In this document: positions 28,521-38,317 of the stretch, one piece after another | How the letters are laid out: each line of letters opens with the position of its first letter | Position numbering within the stretch: position 1 is the stretch's first letter | Assembly: GCA_963665275.2 (NCBI GenBank) | Contig: CAXXIN010000016.1 | Location: forward strand, 268,395-332,394 | DNA: 64,000 nucleotides | Reading direction: 5' to 3' | From: Negativicutes bacterium | GTDB lineage: Bacteria; Bacillota; Negativicutes; UBA1444 | Program-made: the position numbers and the translations under genes | Notes under the pieces: generated by a model | Told to the model about the DNA's origin: nothing | Database searches by the model: none | The model's input: only the letters and a program-made list of their open reading frames with translations

Positions 28521-29384
28521 ATGGCAGATCAACTTTTTGACATAGCAATTGTCGGGGCGGGGCCGGCCGGCTTATCCGCCGCCCTGACGGCGAGGGTCCG
28601 CAACAAGACTGTCGCCCTGTTCGAACATATGGATTTCAGCCCCAAACTGCAAAAAGCCCATACGATTCACAATTATCCGGGCCTGCCGGCGACGCCTGGA
28701 AAAGACCTGATGAAACAGATCTCCGATCACGCTATGGCCAAAGGCCCGACGCTGATCAAGGAAAAAGTGACGAATATCTTTGCCGGAGATACCTTCACTC
28801 TGCTGACACCCAATGATACCTATTCGGCCAAAGCTCTTGTACTGGCCATTGGTGTGAGCAACTCGGCGATGATCACAGGCGAAAAGGAACTGGTCGGCAA
28901 GGGCGTCTGCTATTGCGCGACCTGCGACGGCATGCTGTACCGTGACAAGCCGGTGGCGGTCATTGCCTATACGGAGGAGGGTGAACATGAAGCAAACTTC
29001 CTCGGCGAAATCTGCTCTGCCGTGTATTTCATGCCGCAGTACACGACTGAATTCCAGCCATCCCAACCGACGGTGCAGGTGCTGAAGGCACGCCCGCAGG
29101 CGGTGCTGGGAACGGACGAAGTGACGGGGCTGATGACGGATGCAGGTGAATTGAAGGTGGATGGGATCTTCATTCTGCGGCAGTCCGATCCCGCAGAGAC
29201 CCTATTGCCGGAACTGGAGATGGACGGTCCGTTCGTGAAAGTGAACCGGGACCAGGCGACCAACGTTCCCGGCGTCTACGCAGCCGGCGACTGCACAGGG
29301 AAACCCTGGCAAATCGCCCGTGCGACCGGCGAAGGACTGACGGCGGTGCTCAGCGCCATCGGATATATCGACAGCAAGAAGTAG
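28521..29384 (+). CDS. Thioredoxin reductase-like NAD(P)/FAD-dependent oxidoreductase
   Basis: GAGPAG, CATCDG redox motif, TNVPGVYAAGD. Confidence 0.88.
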   Translation: MADQLFDIAIVGAGPAGLSAALTARVRNKTVALFEHMDFSPKLQKAHTIHNYPGLPATPGKDLMKQISDHAMAKGPTLIKEKVTNIFAGDTFTLLTPNDTYSAKALVLAIGVSNSAMITGEKELVGKGVCYCATCDGMLYRDKPVAVIAYTEEGEHEANFLGEICSAVYFMPQYTTEFQPSQPTVQVLKARPQAVLGTDEVTGLMTDAGELKVDGIFILRQSDPAETLLPELEMDGPFVKVNRDQATNVPGVYAAGDCTGKPWQIARATGEGLTAVLSAIGYIDSKK

Positions 29385-29533
29385 CCTCCAAACAGGCCGA
29401 AGACTTTGGAAATATAGCGCTTGGATTCTCGCGGGAATTCGGGCGCTTTGTTTTCTCAAGGCTGATTTAATGGGCTTGATCAGATATTTATGCAAAAATT
29501 GCAGCATAAAAATACATTTGTCTTTAAAACGCA

Positions 29534-29575
29534 ACATTTCGTGTTACACATTTCGTGTTACACATAATGACGTAC
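29534..29575 (+). repeat. Three tandem 14-bp units in the M20/SSS promoter region
   Basis: ACATTTCGTGTTAC, ACATTTCGTGTTAC, ACATAATGACGTAC. Confidence 0.7.
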
Positions 29576-29713
29576 ACGGTTTCTTATGGTATGATTTTAG
29601 CGTTGGGCGCGTGCTGTTGCCGGAAAATCATGAGATTTGGACAGAATTCTTCTGTAATTTGTTGAAAAACTGTAGAAATTGAAGGGCATAGGGGAAAAAT
29701 GGAGGTTTTACAC

Positions 29714-30883
29714 ATGGATCAAATCAAGGAAACTGTAGCGAAATACCAGGAATATGTGATTGCCACGCGACGGCATTTTCACATGAATCCTGAAACCAGC
29801 GGGGAAGAATTCGCAACACAACAGACCATCATGGAAGAACTTTCCAAGATTGGTCTGTCGCCGCGTAAAGCAGCCGGTACCGGTGTGATCGCCGATATTG
29901 TCGGAGCTTTGCCGGGGAAGACGGTTGCGCTGCGCGCCGACATCGATGCGTTGCCGCTGCAGGATGAAATCACTCAACCGTATCGTTCCCAGGTCGCTGG
30001 CAAATGCCACGCCTGCGGGCATGATGGACATATGGCGATGCTGCTCACAATGGCGAAGGTCTTCGTTGATTTGCAACCGGTGCTGCCGGGCAATATTCGC
30101 CTTTTGTTTCAACCGACCGAAGAGAAGTTCCCCGGCGGTGCGGAAGCTATGATTGCCGACGGCGCCATGGATGGAGTCGACTTCGTGCTGGGAACCCATG
30201 TCTGGCAGACTCTTGCCGCGGGTGTGGTAGGAATCGCATATGGCCGGATGATGGCGGCGCCGGATGAGTTCACGATCAATATCCAGGGCAAAGGCGGTCA
30301 CGGTTCAATGCCGCAGGACACAAACAGCGCATTGACTACGGGGGCGGAGATTGTCTGCATGCTCAACGCGATCGTCGCTCAAGCTGTCGATCCGATTGAA
30401 TCGGCAGTGCTTTCCATCGGCATGTTCCGTTCCGGCGAAGTTTTCAATATCATTCCGGACAGTGCGGTGATCAAGGGCACAATTCGGTCTTTTGACCAGG
30501 CGGTCAGGATGCGCGTCTGGGATCGAGTGGACCAGATCTGCAACGGCGTGTGCCAGGCGATGGGCGCAACATACACCTTGGACAAGATTTTCGGCTATCC
30601 GCCGGTCATCAATAACCCGGTGGTTGCGGCAGTTGTCGCTGAAGCTGGCCGGGAATCGACCGATCCGGCCATGGTTCAGGAAATTCGGCCCTGCATGGGC
30701 GCCGAAGATTTCTCCTATTATTTGCAGAAAGCACCCGGCATGTTTCTGTTCCTCGGCATCGGCAATCCGGCGACAGGTGCGGCATTCCCACACCACCATC
30801 CGAAGTTCGACATGGATGAGTCGGCCCTGATCACCGGCGTGGAAGTCATGGTACGGGCCGCCCTGAAGCTGAAAGCGCAATAA
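29714..30883 (+). CDS. M20 family amidohydrolase
   Basis: RRHFHMNPE, ALRADIDAL, HACGHDGH, FQPTEE, GAEDF, HHHPKF. Confidence 0.93.
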   Translation: MDQIKETVAKYQEYVIATRRHFHMNPETSGEEFATQQTIMEELSKIGLSPRKAAGTGVIADIVGALPGKTVALRADIDALPLQDEITQPYRSQVAGKCHACGHDGHMAMLLTMAKVFVDLQPVLPGNIRLLFQPTEEKFPGGAEAMIADGAMDGVDFVLGTHVWQTLAAGVVGIAYGRMMAAPDEFTINIQGKGGHGSMPQDTNSALTTGAEIVCMLNAIVAQAVDPIESAVLSIGMFRSGEVFNIIPDSAVIKGTIRSFDQAVRMRVWDRVDQICNGVCQAMGATYTLDKIFGYPPVINNPVVAAVVAEAGRESTDPAMVQEIRPCMGAEDFSYYLQKAPGMFLFLGIGNPATGAAFPHHHPKFDMDESALITGVEVMVRAALKLKAQ

Positions 30884-30922
30884 CTGCCCCAAATAGAATA
30901 AATAGCGAAAGGAGGTGTCTGT

Positions 30923-31117
30923 ATGAAACTGAACCGAGTGATCATCACCCTGATTCCGTTTATCTGGTCAGTAGGCATGGTTCCTTTTGTTAACAAGTCC
31001 AAACCTATCATTATGGGGTTGCCGTTTTTGGCATTCTGGGAAGTTGCCGGGATTTTCGTCGCGTTTGCCTGTATCGGAGCGCTATACCATCTGGATCAAC
31101 AGGACAAAAAAAAATAG
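30923..31117 (+). CDS. DUF3311-like small membrane protein (symporter accessory subunit)
   Basis: PFVN...P.IMGLPF.AFW; directly upstream of an SSS gene. Confidence 0.8.
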   Translation: MKLNRVIITLIPFIWSVGMVPFVNKSKPIIMGLPFLAFWEVAGIFVAFACIGALYHLDQQDKKK

Positions 31118-31132
31118 AAAGGAGGTAACCGC

Positions 31133-32593
31133 ATGTCTAACGAAGTCATGTCCCTGGGTATAATTTTTAGCTTTGTTTTATTTGCTACTGTGATTGGCAT
31201 GTTGCCCGGCTTGAAAGAAAAAATGAGTCTGGAAGGTTGGGCCATAGGCGGCCGCGGCTTTGGTCGTTGGCTGAGCTGGTTTATTCTGGCTGGTGAAATC
31301 TACACCGCGTTTGCGTTTTTGGGCGCCAGCGGCTGGGCCTATGCACGAGGCGGTCCTACTTTCTATATTCTCGGCTATGGCGGCTTGGCCTATATGGCAT
31401 CTTACTGGATTTTGCCTGCGGTTTCGCCGATCGGCAAAAAATTCAACCTGATGACCCAACCGGACTTTATCCAGCATCGCTACAGCGATAAATGGCTGGG
31501 CGTTGTAGTGGCCTGTATTGGCGTAGCCTTCCTGGTGCCTTATCTGCAATTGCAGCTTACGGGCCTAGGTTTGATCGTTGAAACTTGTTCCTATGGTCTG
31601 ATCGGCCGTAACGCGGCGATGATGATGGCCTTTGTCATGGTGGCGGCGTTCGTTTACCTGAGCGGCCTGAAAGGCGTCGCGACGACGGCGGTCATCAAAG
31701 ACGTCATCATGATCGTGGCGGTTGCTTTCTTTGGACTGTACCTTCCGTTCCATTATTTTGGCGGACTCGGGCCGATGTTCGAGGCGATCGATGCGGCGAA
31801 GCCTGGCTTTCTCGCACTGCCTGGCGGTACCAAAAACCTTGATGTGAGCTGGTTCATGTCGACTCTGCTGCTGACAAGCCTCGGCTTCTACATGTGGCCG
31901 CATATCTTTGCCAATAGCTTCAGCGCCAAAAATCCTGACGTGCTTCGGCACAATGCGGTATTTCTCCCCTTGTACCAGATCTGCATGCTGTTCCCGATGC
32001 TGATTGGATTCACCGCATTGATGATTCTGGTTCCTGCGTTAAAAACACCTGATATGGCGTTCATGACCATTGTACAGCAGACCCTGCCCGGCTGGGCTCT
32101 CGGTCTGGTGGGCGGCGCCGGTGCGCTGGCCTGCATGATTCCGGCCGCGGACCTTCTGCTGACGATGTCCATGCTGTTCTCCCGCAACGTAGTGGGCAAG
32201 AGCATGAATATTCATGATGACCACACCCTAATGGCGAAAATGGCCAAGCTCGTAGTGCTGGGTGCAACCGGTGTTGCGCTGGCGCTGGCGATATTCGCTC
32301 CGAGCATGCTCGTCGAGCTGCTGCTGACAGGTTACTCCGGCGTTACCCAGTTCTTCCCGATGATCGTACTGGGTCTCTTCTGGAAAAAATCCACCCGGAC
32401 AGCGGCCTGGGTTTCGCTGGTCGTTGGTGAAGCGATCGTTTTCACTCTCATCCTTGGTAAAATGGATCCGTTCGCTATCGCCGGTATGAACCTCAACGCC
32501 GGTTTCGTGGCGCTGGTTATCAACCTGATCGTATTCGTTCTCGTAAGTCTCGCGACTTTCAAAGGAACCGATTCGCAGGCTTGGAAAGCCTAA
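31133..32593 (+). CDS. Sodium:solute symporter family protein (YhjB-like)
   Basis: GEIYTAFAFLGASG, PYLQLQ, MWPH, about 13 TM. Confidence 0.9.
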   Translation: MSNEVMSLGIIFSFVLFATVIGMLPGLKEKMSLEGWAIGGRGFGRWLSWFILAGEIYTAFAFLGASGWAYARGGPTFYILGYGGLAYMASYWILPAVSPIGKKFNLMTQPDFIQHRYSDKWLGVVVACIGVAFLVPYLQLQLTGLGLIVETCSYGLIGRNAAMMMAFVMVAAFVYLSGLKGVATTAVIKDVIMIVAVAFFGLYLPFHYFGGLGPMFEAIDAAKPGFLALPGGTKNLDVSWFMSTLLLTSLGFYMWPHIFANSFSAKNPDVLRHNAVFLPLYQICMLFPMLIGFTALMILVPALKTPDMAFMTIVQQTLPGWALGLVGGAGALACMIPAADLLLTMSMLFSRNVVGKSMNIHDDHTLMAKMAKLVVLGATGVALALAIFAPSMLVELLLTGYSGVTQFFPMIVLGLFWKKSTRTAAWVSLVVGEAIVFTLILGKMDPFAIAGMNLNAGFVALVINLIVFVLVSLATFKGTDSQAWKA

Positions 32594-32623
32594 TTTAGGC
32601 GCTCCCGATAGTGAGATCCTATG

Positions 32624-32677
32624 AAAAATCACCAGTCCGGTCGGCGTCTAACCGACCAGAGCTGGTGATTTTTTTTG
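32624..32677 (+). terminator. Intrinsic terminator after the SSS gene
   Basis: AAAAATCACCAG...CTGGTGATTTTTTTT. Confidence 0.75.
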
Positions 32678-32995
32678 TTAAGTTAAATACAAGCATCCTG
32701 TAAAGATTGAGTTTAGGCATTTGAGCGATGAAGAATATTCGGTAGAAGGAGGCGGTGAAGCGGTGCTCATTTTAACGAGAAAGATTAGATTCTTGAAATT
32801 GAAGCGCGTATGTCTGCTGCTTATAGTCCTTGATTTTGCAGTTATCTCATTATATGATTGAAACCGATAAGCTACACTGCCGGCGTCTGCTGAAGCAGGA
32901 AGAAGAGGCTATATACTATGCTTTCGTGATGTTTTATATGCTTTGACTATAGTTGCCGTATTTTGACGTATGGACAGAAAAGGGGTGGCTTGGAC

Positions 32996-34405
32996 ATGAC
33001 GCTTATATCCAATCCCTGTAAGCAGAACGACAAACTGTCTTACGCAGAAATGGAGGATATCATTAAGCAGTCTTATGATGGGATATTAGTTATTGATCGC
33101 AATGCGGATGTCACCTTTGCCAATGATGCTTATTTTCGTATAACAGGTATTCGCAAGTCAGATATTATCGGTCAAAATTTTCGCGAGTTTATGAAGGATA
33201 CGCCTTATAAAAAAGCTGCCTGTCAAGAAGCGTTGGAAACAAAAAAACAAACGACTCAAACACATTATAATTTAGCGCCGGGCAAGGTAATCATGGTAAC
33301 ATCAAAGCCCATCTTTGATGCCCAAGGACAGGTACGGCTGGTTGTATCCAACTGCCGGGATATGTCGGAGTTGGTTTGTTTGCGGGAGCAATTGGAGCGC
33401 GCTCAGGAAATTGAAGAACAATACTATAAGAACATGGCGGGAGAAATTGCCGGACCTATTGCTCTGAATAGCAAAATGAAAGCGATATTCGCTGCGTCTT
33501 CAAAAGTCAGTTCTGTAGATATTACAGTGCTGATCACAGGCGAGTCGGGTGTAGGCAAAGATGTAGTTGCTCACTACATCCATAATAATAGCCCCAGAAA
33601 AGAGGCGCCCTTTGTCACCGTGAACTGCGGCGCCATTCCCGAAAATCTGCTTGAATCGGAATTTTTCGGCTATGTTGGCGGGGCTTTTACCGGAGCCGCA
33701 AAAAGCGGGAAAAAGGGCTTAATTGAAGCTGCCGATGGCGGAACGCTTTTTTTAGACGAAATCGGCGACCTGCCATTCGGACTGCAGGTGAAATTGCTAC
33801 GCGCGCTGGATACAAGTGAAATCACCCGGGTCGGGGATAACTCGCCAACACCGGTAAATATACGATTATTAGCTGCCACCAACCAAGACTTGGAACATAT
33901 GGTGAAAGAACATCGCTTTCGAGAAGACCTTTACTATCGGCTCAATGTGATCAATCTTAAAATTCCCCCGCTTAGGGAAAGACCGGAAGATATTCGTCCC
34001 CTCGGCTTATTCTTCTTGCATAAATGTAATCAGCGATATGGCCAAAATAAACGAATTAGTCCTGATGTATTAATTGTTTTGCAACGTTATAGTTGGCCAG
34101 GCAATATACGCCAATTAAAACATGTTATCGAACGTATGGTTGTTTTAAGCAATGGAGAATACCTTGAATTGTCCACGTTACCTGCCGATATCGGATTGGA
34201 GGAAGTTTTAATAAGCACTTCGGAGTATATAACCGGTGACGGTTTGATTCCGATTCCTGAAGCAGTGGAAAAAGTCGAAAAACAGATTTTAGGTTATGCA
34301 TTGAAACATTATTCCAGCAGCCGACAAATTGCTAAAGTTACAGGTATCGACCAGACTACAGTGCTGCGTAAAATAAAAAAATACGGTCTGGACCGAAATT
34401 CATAA
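32996..34405 (+). CDS. PAS-domain sigma54-dependent transcriptional activator
   Basis: PAS, GESGVGKD, ESEFFG, GAFTGA, FLDEIG, FREDLYYRL, WPGNIRQL, C-terminal HTH. Confidence 0.95.
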   Translation: MTLISNPCKQNDKLSYAEMEDIIKQSYDGILVIDRNADVTFANDAYFRITGIRKSDIIGQNFREFMKDTPYKKAACQEALETKKQTTQTHYNLAPGKVIMVTSKPIFDAQGQVRLVVSNCRDMSELVCLREQLERAQEIEEQYYKNMAGEIAGPIALNSKMKAIFAASSKVSSVDITVLITGESGVGKDVVAHYIHNNSPRKEAPFVTVNCGAIPENLLESEFFGYVGGAFTGAAKSGKKGLIEAADGGTLFLDEIGDLPFGLQVKLLRALDTSEITRVGDNSPTPVNIRLLAATNQDLEHMVKEHRFREDLYYRLNVINLKIPPLRERPEDIRPLGLFFLHKCNQRYGQNKRISPDVLIVLQRYSWPGNIRQLKHVIERMVVLSNGEYLELSTLPADIGLEEVLISTSEYITGDGLIPIPEAVEKVEKQILGYALKHYSSSRQIAKVTGIDQTTVLRKIKKYGLDRNS

Positions 34406-34420
34406 AAATATCGCCGCTCC

Positions 34421-34478
34421 GAATACTTGACAAAGCGTGGCGCAGAAAATTTTCTGCGCCACGCTTTGTCAAGTATTC
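34421..34478. repeat. Perfect 58-bp palindrome between convergent genes (likely bidirectional terminator)
   Basis: GAATACTTGACAAAGCGTGGCGCAGAAAA directly followed by its exact reverse complement. Confidence 0.85.
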
Positions 34479-34501
34479 ATAATAATATTAAAAACAACTA
34501 C

Positions 34502-35302
34502 TTACATGGCTTTTTGTTGACAAGATGTTACCAGCATATCTTGCATTGCAATCAGTGCGGCGCCGATCGCTCCCGTAAGCTGGCAGGCGGGAGCTACAAT
34601 GATGGGATGATGGATTTCCGCAGCAAGCGCACTGACAATGCCTTTGTTTTTCGCCACTCCGCCGGTCAAGACCACATCAGGGGATACTCCCACCCGAAAA
34701 GCTAAGCTGGCAACTCTTCTGGCAACCGATTGATGGATACCTGCAGCAACATTCGCAACTTTTTCACCGGAAGCCAGCCGCGAGATTACTTCTGATTCAG
34801 CAAATACGGTGCAAGTGTTGCTAATCCCGACAATTGAATCGGCCTGCTCGGACAGAGCGCCCAGCTCACTTACGTCGATTTCCAAAATCTTCGCCATTAC
34901 ATCCAGGAAGCGGCCCGTGCCGGCTGCACATTTATCGTTCATAAGGAAACTGGAGACCAGGCCGGTTGAAGTTAGCGATATCGCTTTTACATCTTGCCCG
35001 CCGATATCGATAATCGTTTTAACCGACGGAACCAAATGGTGTACGCCAAGTGCGTGACAGGAAATTTCACTGATTTGCTTGTCGGCTTGCGTGAAACTTA
35101 ATCTTCCATAGCCTGTTGCGACTGTTTTGGAAATATCACTCCAGTTTAAACCTGATTTTTCAAAGATTTCGGCCACAACTCTGGCGGGCCCTGTTGTGCC
35201 GGCGCCGCCTGTCACAACAGCACTTACCATGATTGTTTTTGATTCGTCAATAATGGCAACTTTGGATGAAGAAGAACCAATGTCGATTCCAAGTGTATAC
35301 AT
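34502..35302 (-). CDS. 2-hydroxyacyl-CoA dehydratase activator (HadI/FldI/HgdC family)
   Basis: GIDIGSSSSK, TGYGR, EISCH, DIGGQD, NDKCAAGTG, CTVFAESE, TGGVA. Confidence 0.94.
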   Translation of the reverse strand: MYTLGIDIGSSSSKVAIIDESKTIMVSAVVTGGAGTTGPARVVAEIFEKSGLNWSDISKTVATGYGRLSFTQADKQISEISCHALGVHHLVPSVKTIIDIGGQDVKAISLTSTGLVSSFLMNDKCAAGTGRFLDVMAKILEIDVSELGALSEQADSIVGISNTCTVFAESEVISRLASGEKVANVAAGIHQSVARRVASLAFRVGVSPDVVLTGGVAKNKGIVSALAAEIHHPIIVAPACQLTGAIGAALIAMQDMLVTSCQQKAM

Positions 35303-35368
35303 TTTTCGTCTCCTTTTATTGTGTTGGTTGAAATAAATACATGATTATTGGCTATCACATAATGTTAA

Positions 35369-35385
35369 AGCAATTTTCATGCCAA
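35369..35385 (-). promoter_or_regulatory. sigma54 -24/-12 promoter of the activator gene
   Basis: Minus strand TTGGCATGAAAATTGCT (GG-N10-GC). Confidence 0.8.
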
Positions 35386-35515
35386 GAAGAGTATTTTTAC
35401 ATATGGTTTTACCCCAAATAGGCGAAAATACAGTTAACTATTGAAGTTTTTCTCTCAGGTGACTTTGTTATATGCAATTATTACAGCAGAAATCACTAAA
35501 TTTGCGTTAAAATTA

Positions 35516-35621
35516 TGAGGCAAAATCCCTCAGGGCCCAAACGATTAGCGGAATTTTCATATAATTACGGCGGAAGGGAAGGTGCTGAGGCGAATTGCAT
35601 CGGGTGAGGCATAATGACTTA
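35516..35621. promoter_or_regulatory. Three candidate enhancer (UAS) sites for the sigma54 activator
   Basis: TGAGGCAAAATCCCTCA (35516), TGAGGCGAATTGCATCG (35586), TGAGGCATAATGACTTA (35605). Confidence 0.6.
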
Positions 35622-35780
35622 AACTCGTCAATTAGCATGTTGGCTTTTCGGATTTATCTCATCGGGGACTGTGTGAAGATCCTGCTGAAATCAGCTTGAA
35701 CTCCTTATTGTATAGGCTGTTTTGATCTACGTAGAAATTTAAATATTAACATTACAATGTGAAGTGTGCCGTTGATTCAA

Positions 35781-35797
35781 TTGGCACACTTTTTGCA
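35781..35797 (+). promoter_or_regulatory. sigma54 -24/-12 promoter of the dehydratase operon
   Basis: TTGGCACACTTTTTGCA (GG-N10-GC). Confidence 0.88.
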
Positions 35798-35872
35798 ATT
35801 AACTAACATTATGGCCGAAGCAAGAACAAGACTTCTTTAAAGGCCAAGAACGATGTTGGAGAGGTGTATATT

Positions 35873-37096
35873 TTGAGTGAAGAAAAACTAACGTCGAAAC
35901 AGTATCTAGCCGAGTTGTCCGCCAAACACTATCAAGATGCCATTGATGGAAAAAAGCGCGGCGAATTGGTCGCGTGGTCCTCGTCAATAGCGCCCCAGGA
36001 ACTTTGTGAAACCATGGGAATTCATGTTATTTATCCGGAAAATCACGCTGCAGCCATCGGAGCTAAAGGCGGCGCGTTGCCGCTCATCAATTTTGCGGAA
36101 GGGCGGGGATACTCTGTTGACCTGTGTTCTTACGCCCGAATCAGCCTAGCCTACAAAGATATGCAAGATTGCTGTTTCGAAAATGTTCCCTTACCGGATC
36201 TGCTTATCATTTGCAACAATATCTGTAACACGCTCGTAAAATGGTACGAAAATTTGTCGAAGGAACTGAACATACCCCTTATTTGCATTGATGTTCCGTT
36301 TAACAATGAATATGAAGTGACAGGTGAAAGAATCGATTACATTAAGGCGCAATTTGTGGAAGCCATCCGCCAATTAGAAGAAATAACAGGAAAACAATTT
36401 GATTATGATCGATTTCATGAAGTGATGGAAATTTCCAATAGAGCCGCTAAGTCATGGAATAAAGCGATGCAATTTACCAAAATTGTCCCATCCCCTTTGA
36501 ACGGATTCAATATTTTCAATTATATGGCGATGATGGTTACCAACAGGGGCCGGGAATCCTCCGTAAAGTTGTTTGATATGATCGCAGAAGAATTGGGCGA
36601 ATTGGCGAAAAATGGTCAGACGCAGTTCCCTGTGGAAGAAAAGTATCGCATTATGTGGGAAGGAATCGCTTGCTGGCCCTATCTCTCCCACAACTTTAAA
36701 ACATTTAAGCAGTATGGGATCAACATGGTTGGTTCGACGTATCCTGAAGCTTGGACGTTATTGTATGACGCCGGCGATCTTGACGGAATGGCCAGGGCGT
36801 ATGCCAGCGTTATGAACAATTGCAATTTAGCCCGAGGCATTGATTTGAGAGTAAGAATTCTCGAAGAGTGCAAATGCGATGGAGCCGTTTATCATCTGAA
36901 CCGCAGTTGCAAACTGATGGATTTCATGCAGTATCAGCTGGCCAAAGAGGTACACAAACGAACAGGTATTCCCTATGTCGTTTTTGATGGAGACCAGACG
37001 GATCCCCGCAATTTTGCCAAGGCCCAATTTGAAACCAGAATCCAGGCACTTGTAGAGACGATGGAACTTAATAAAGCTCAACGCAAACAAAACTAG
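35873..37096 (+). CDS. 2-hydroxyacyl-CoA dehydratase alpha subunit (FldB/HadB-like)
   Basis: YPENHAA, DLCSYAR, CNNICN..KWYE, WEGIACWP, HLNRSCK, DGDQTDPRNF; start GTG 35864 or TTG 35873. Confidence 0.9.
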   Translation: MSEEKLTSKQYLAELSAKHYQDAIDGKKRGELVAWSSSIAPQELCETMGIHVIYPENHAAAIGAKGGALPLINFAEGRGYSVDLCSYARISLAYKDMQDCCFENVPLPDLLIICNNICNTLVKWYENLSKELNIPLICIDVPFNNEYEVTGERIDYIKAQFVEAIRQLEEITGKQFDYDRFHEVMEISNRAAKSWNKAMQFTKIVPSPLNGFNIFNYMAMMVTNRGRESSVKLFDMIAEELGELAKNGQTQFPVEEKYRIMWEGIACWPYLSHNFKTFKQYGINMVGSTYPEAWTLLYDAGDLDGMARAYASVMNNCNLARGIDLRVRILEECKCDGAVYHLNRSCKLMDFMQYQLAKEVHKRTGIPYVVFDGDQTDPRNFAKAQFETRIQALVETMELNKAQRKQN

Positions 37097-37109
37097 GAGG
37101 TGATAAAAA

Positions 37110-38252
37110 ATGAAAGTTATTGAAAAAATCATCGAACAAATGAACGCGGTTGTCGAAAACCCAAGCCGAGTGGTGAGTGACTACAAAAAAGAAACCGGTA
37201 AAGGTGTTGTCGGGTGTTTCCCCTACTACACACCGGAAGAAATCGTCCATGCCTCCGGTATGTTGCCGATAGGCCTGTGGGGTGGCGAGACGCAGGTTGC
37301 CGAAGTACATTCAATTCTACCGGCGTTCACTTGTCCGATTATGCAATCAAATATGGAATTTGCCCTGCGGGGTTTCTATAACGAGCTGGAGGCCGTTATT
37401 ATCCCGGCTCCTTGCGATACGCTCAAGTCTGTCGGACAAGACTGGCTCTACGTTATCCCGCAAATCAAGGCAATCCTCCTAGTCTATCCCCAAATGCGAA
37501 AAATTGAAGGGGGTGTGCAATACCTCAAGAGTGAATTTATGCGTGTTAAAAAAGAAATTGAAGCTATTGTTGGAAAAGAAATTTCGGACAAAGCTCTTTC
37601 GCAAAGTATCGACATCTATAATGTGCATCGCGCAGCAATGCGCTCCTTTAGCGAAATGGCGCCATTGTATCCCGTCACTGTTACGCCAAGCATTAGACAT
37701 TTAGTGATCAAAAGCGCTTTCTTCATGGAAAAAAGCCGGCATACCACATTAGTCAACGCACTGATTCAAGAACTACAAAAGCAACCGGTCGAAAAAACGA
37801 ACTGTAAAAAAGTAATTTTGACCGGGATCATCGCGGAGCCGAATGGGTTGCTGGAGCTTTTCCAGGAAAACGGTCTTACTGTTGTGGGTGATGATCTTGC
37901 CCATGAATCCCGACTGTTTAGAACGGACGTGCCGGCCGATGGCGACCCGCTTACTCGCTTGGCACGGCAATGGTCACTCATCGAAGGCTGTTCGTTGGCT
38001 TACGATCCGGAGAAAAAACGCGGCAATATGATTATCGAACTGGCCAAAAAAACGAAAGCCGACGGTATTATTCTTTGCATGATGAAGTTTTGTGATCCAG
38101 AAGAGTTCGACTACCCAATCCTTGCTTCCGAGTTTGAACAAGCCAAAATTCCGCTGTTATATCTTGAAGTTGATCAACAAAGCCAGTCGTTGGAGCAGCT
38201 TAGGACTAGGATTCAGGCCTTTGCTGAAATGCTTGTATCTCAGCAGAAGTAG
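37110..38252 (+). CDS. 2-hydroxyacyl-CoA dehydratase beta subunit (FldC/HadC-like)
   Basis: GCFPYYTPEEI.HA.G, PCDTLK, DDLAHESR, KFCDPEEFDYP, TRIQAF.E. Confidence 0.9.
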   Translation: MKVIEKIIEQMNAVVENPSRVVSDYKKETGKGVVGCFPYYTPEEIVHASGMLPIGLWGGETQVAEVHSILPAFTCPIMQSNMEFALRGFYNELEAVIIPAPCDTLKSVGQDWLYVIPQIKAILLVYPQMRKIEGGVQYLKSEFMRVKKEIEAIVGKEISDKALSQSIDIYNVHRAAMRSFSEMAPLYPVTVTPSIRHLVIKSAFFMEKSRHTTLVNALIQELQKQPVEKTNCKKVILTGIIAEPNGLLELFQENGLTVVGDDLAHESRLFRTDVPADGDPLTRLARQWSLIEGCSLAYDPEKKRGNMIIELAKKTKADGIILCMMKFCDPEEFDYPILASEFEQAKIPLLYLEVDQQSQSLEQLRTRIQAFAEMLVSQQK

Positions 38253-38317
38253 CTTGGGGATTAAATTAATCACTATTTAAGATGTGCTCAATAAGTAAAA
38301 AAATGGAGGGACTAGTC

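Noticed and set aside
29534-29575. Mini CRISPR array
   Set aside because: Units are 14 bp, contiguous, without spacers, and no cas genes are nearby
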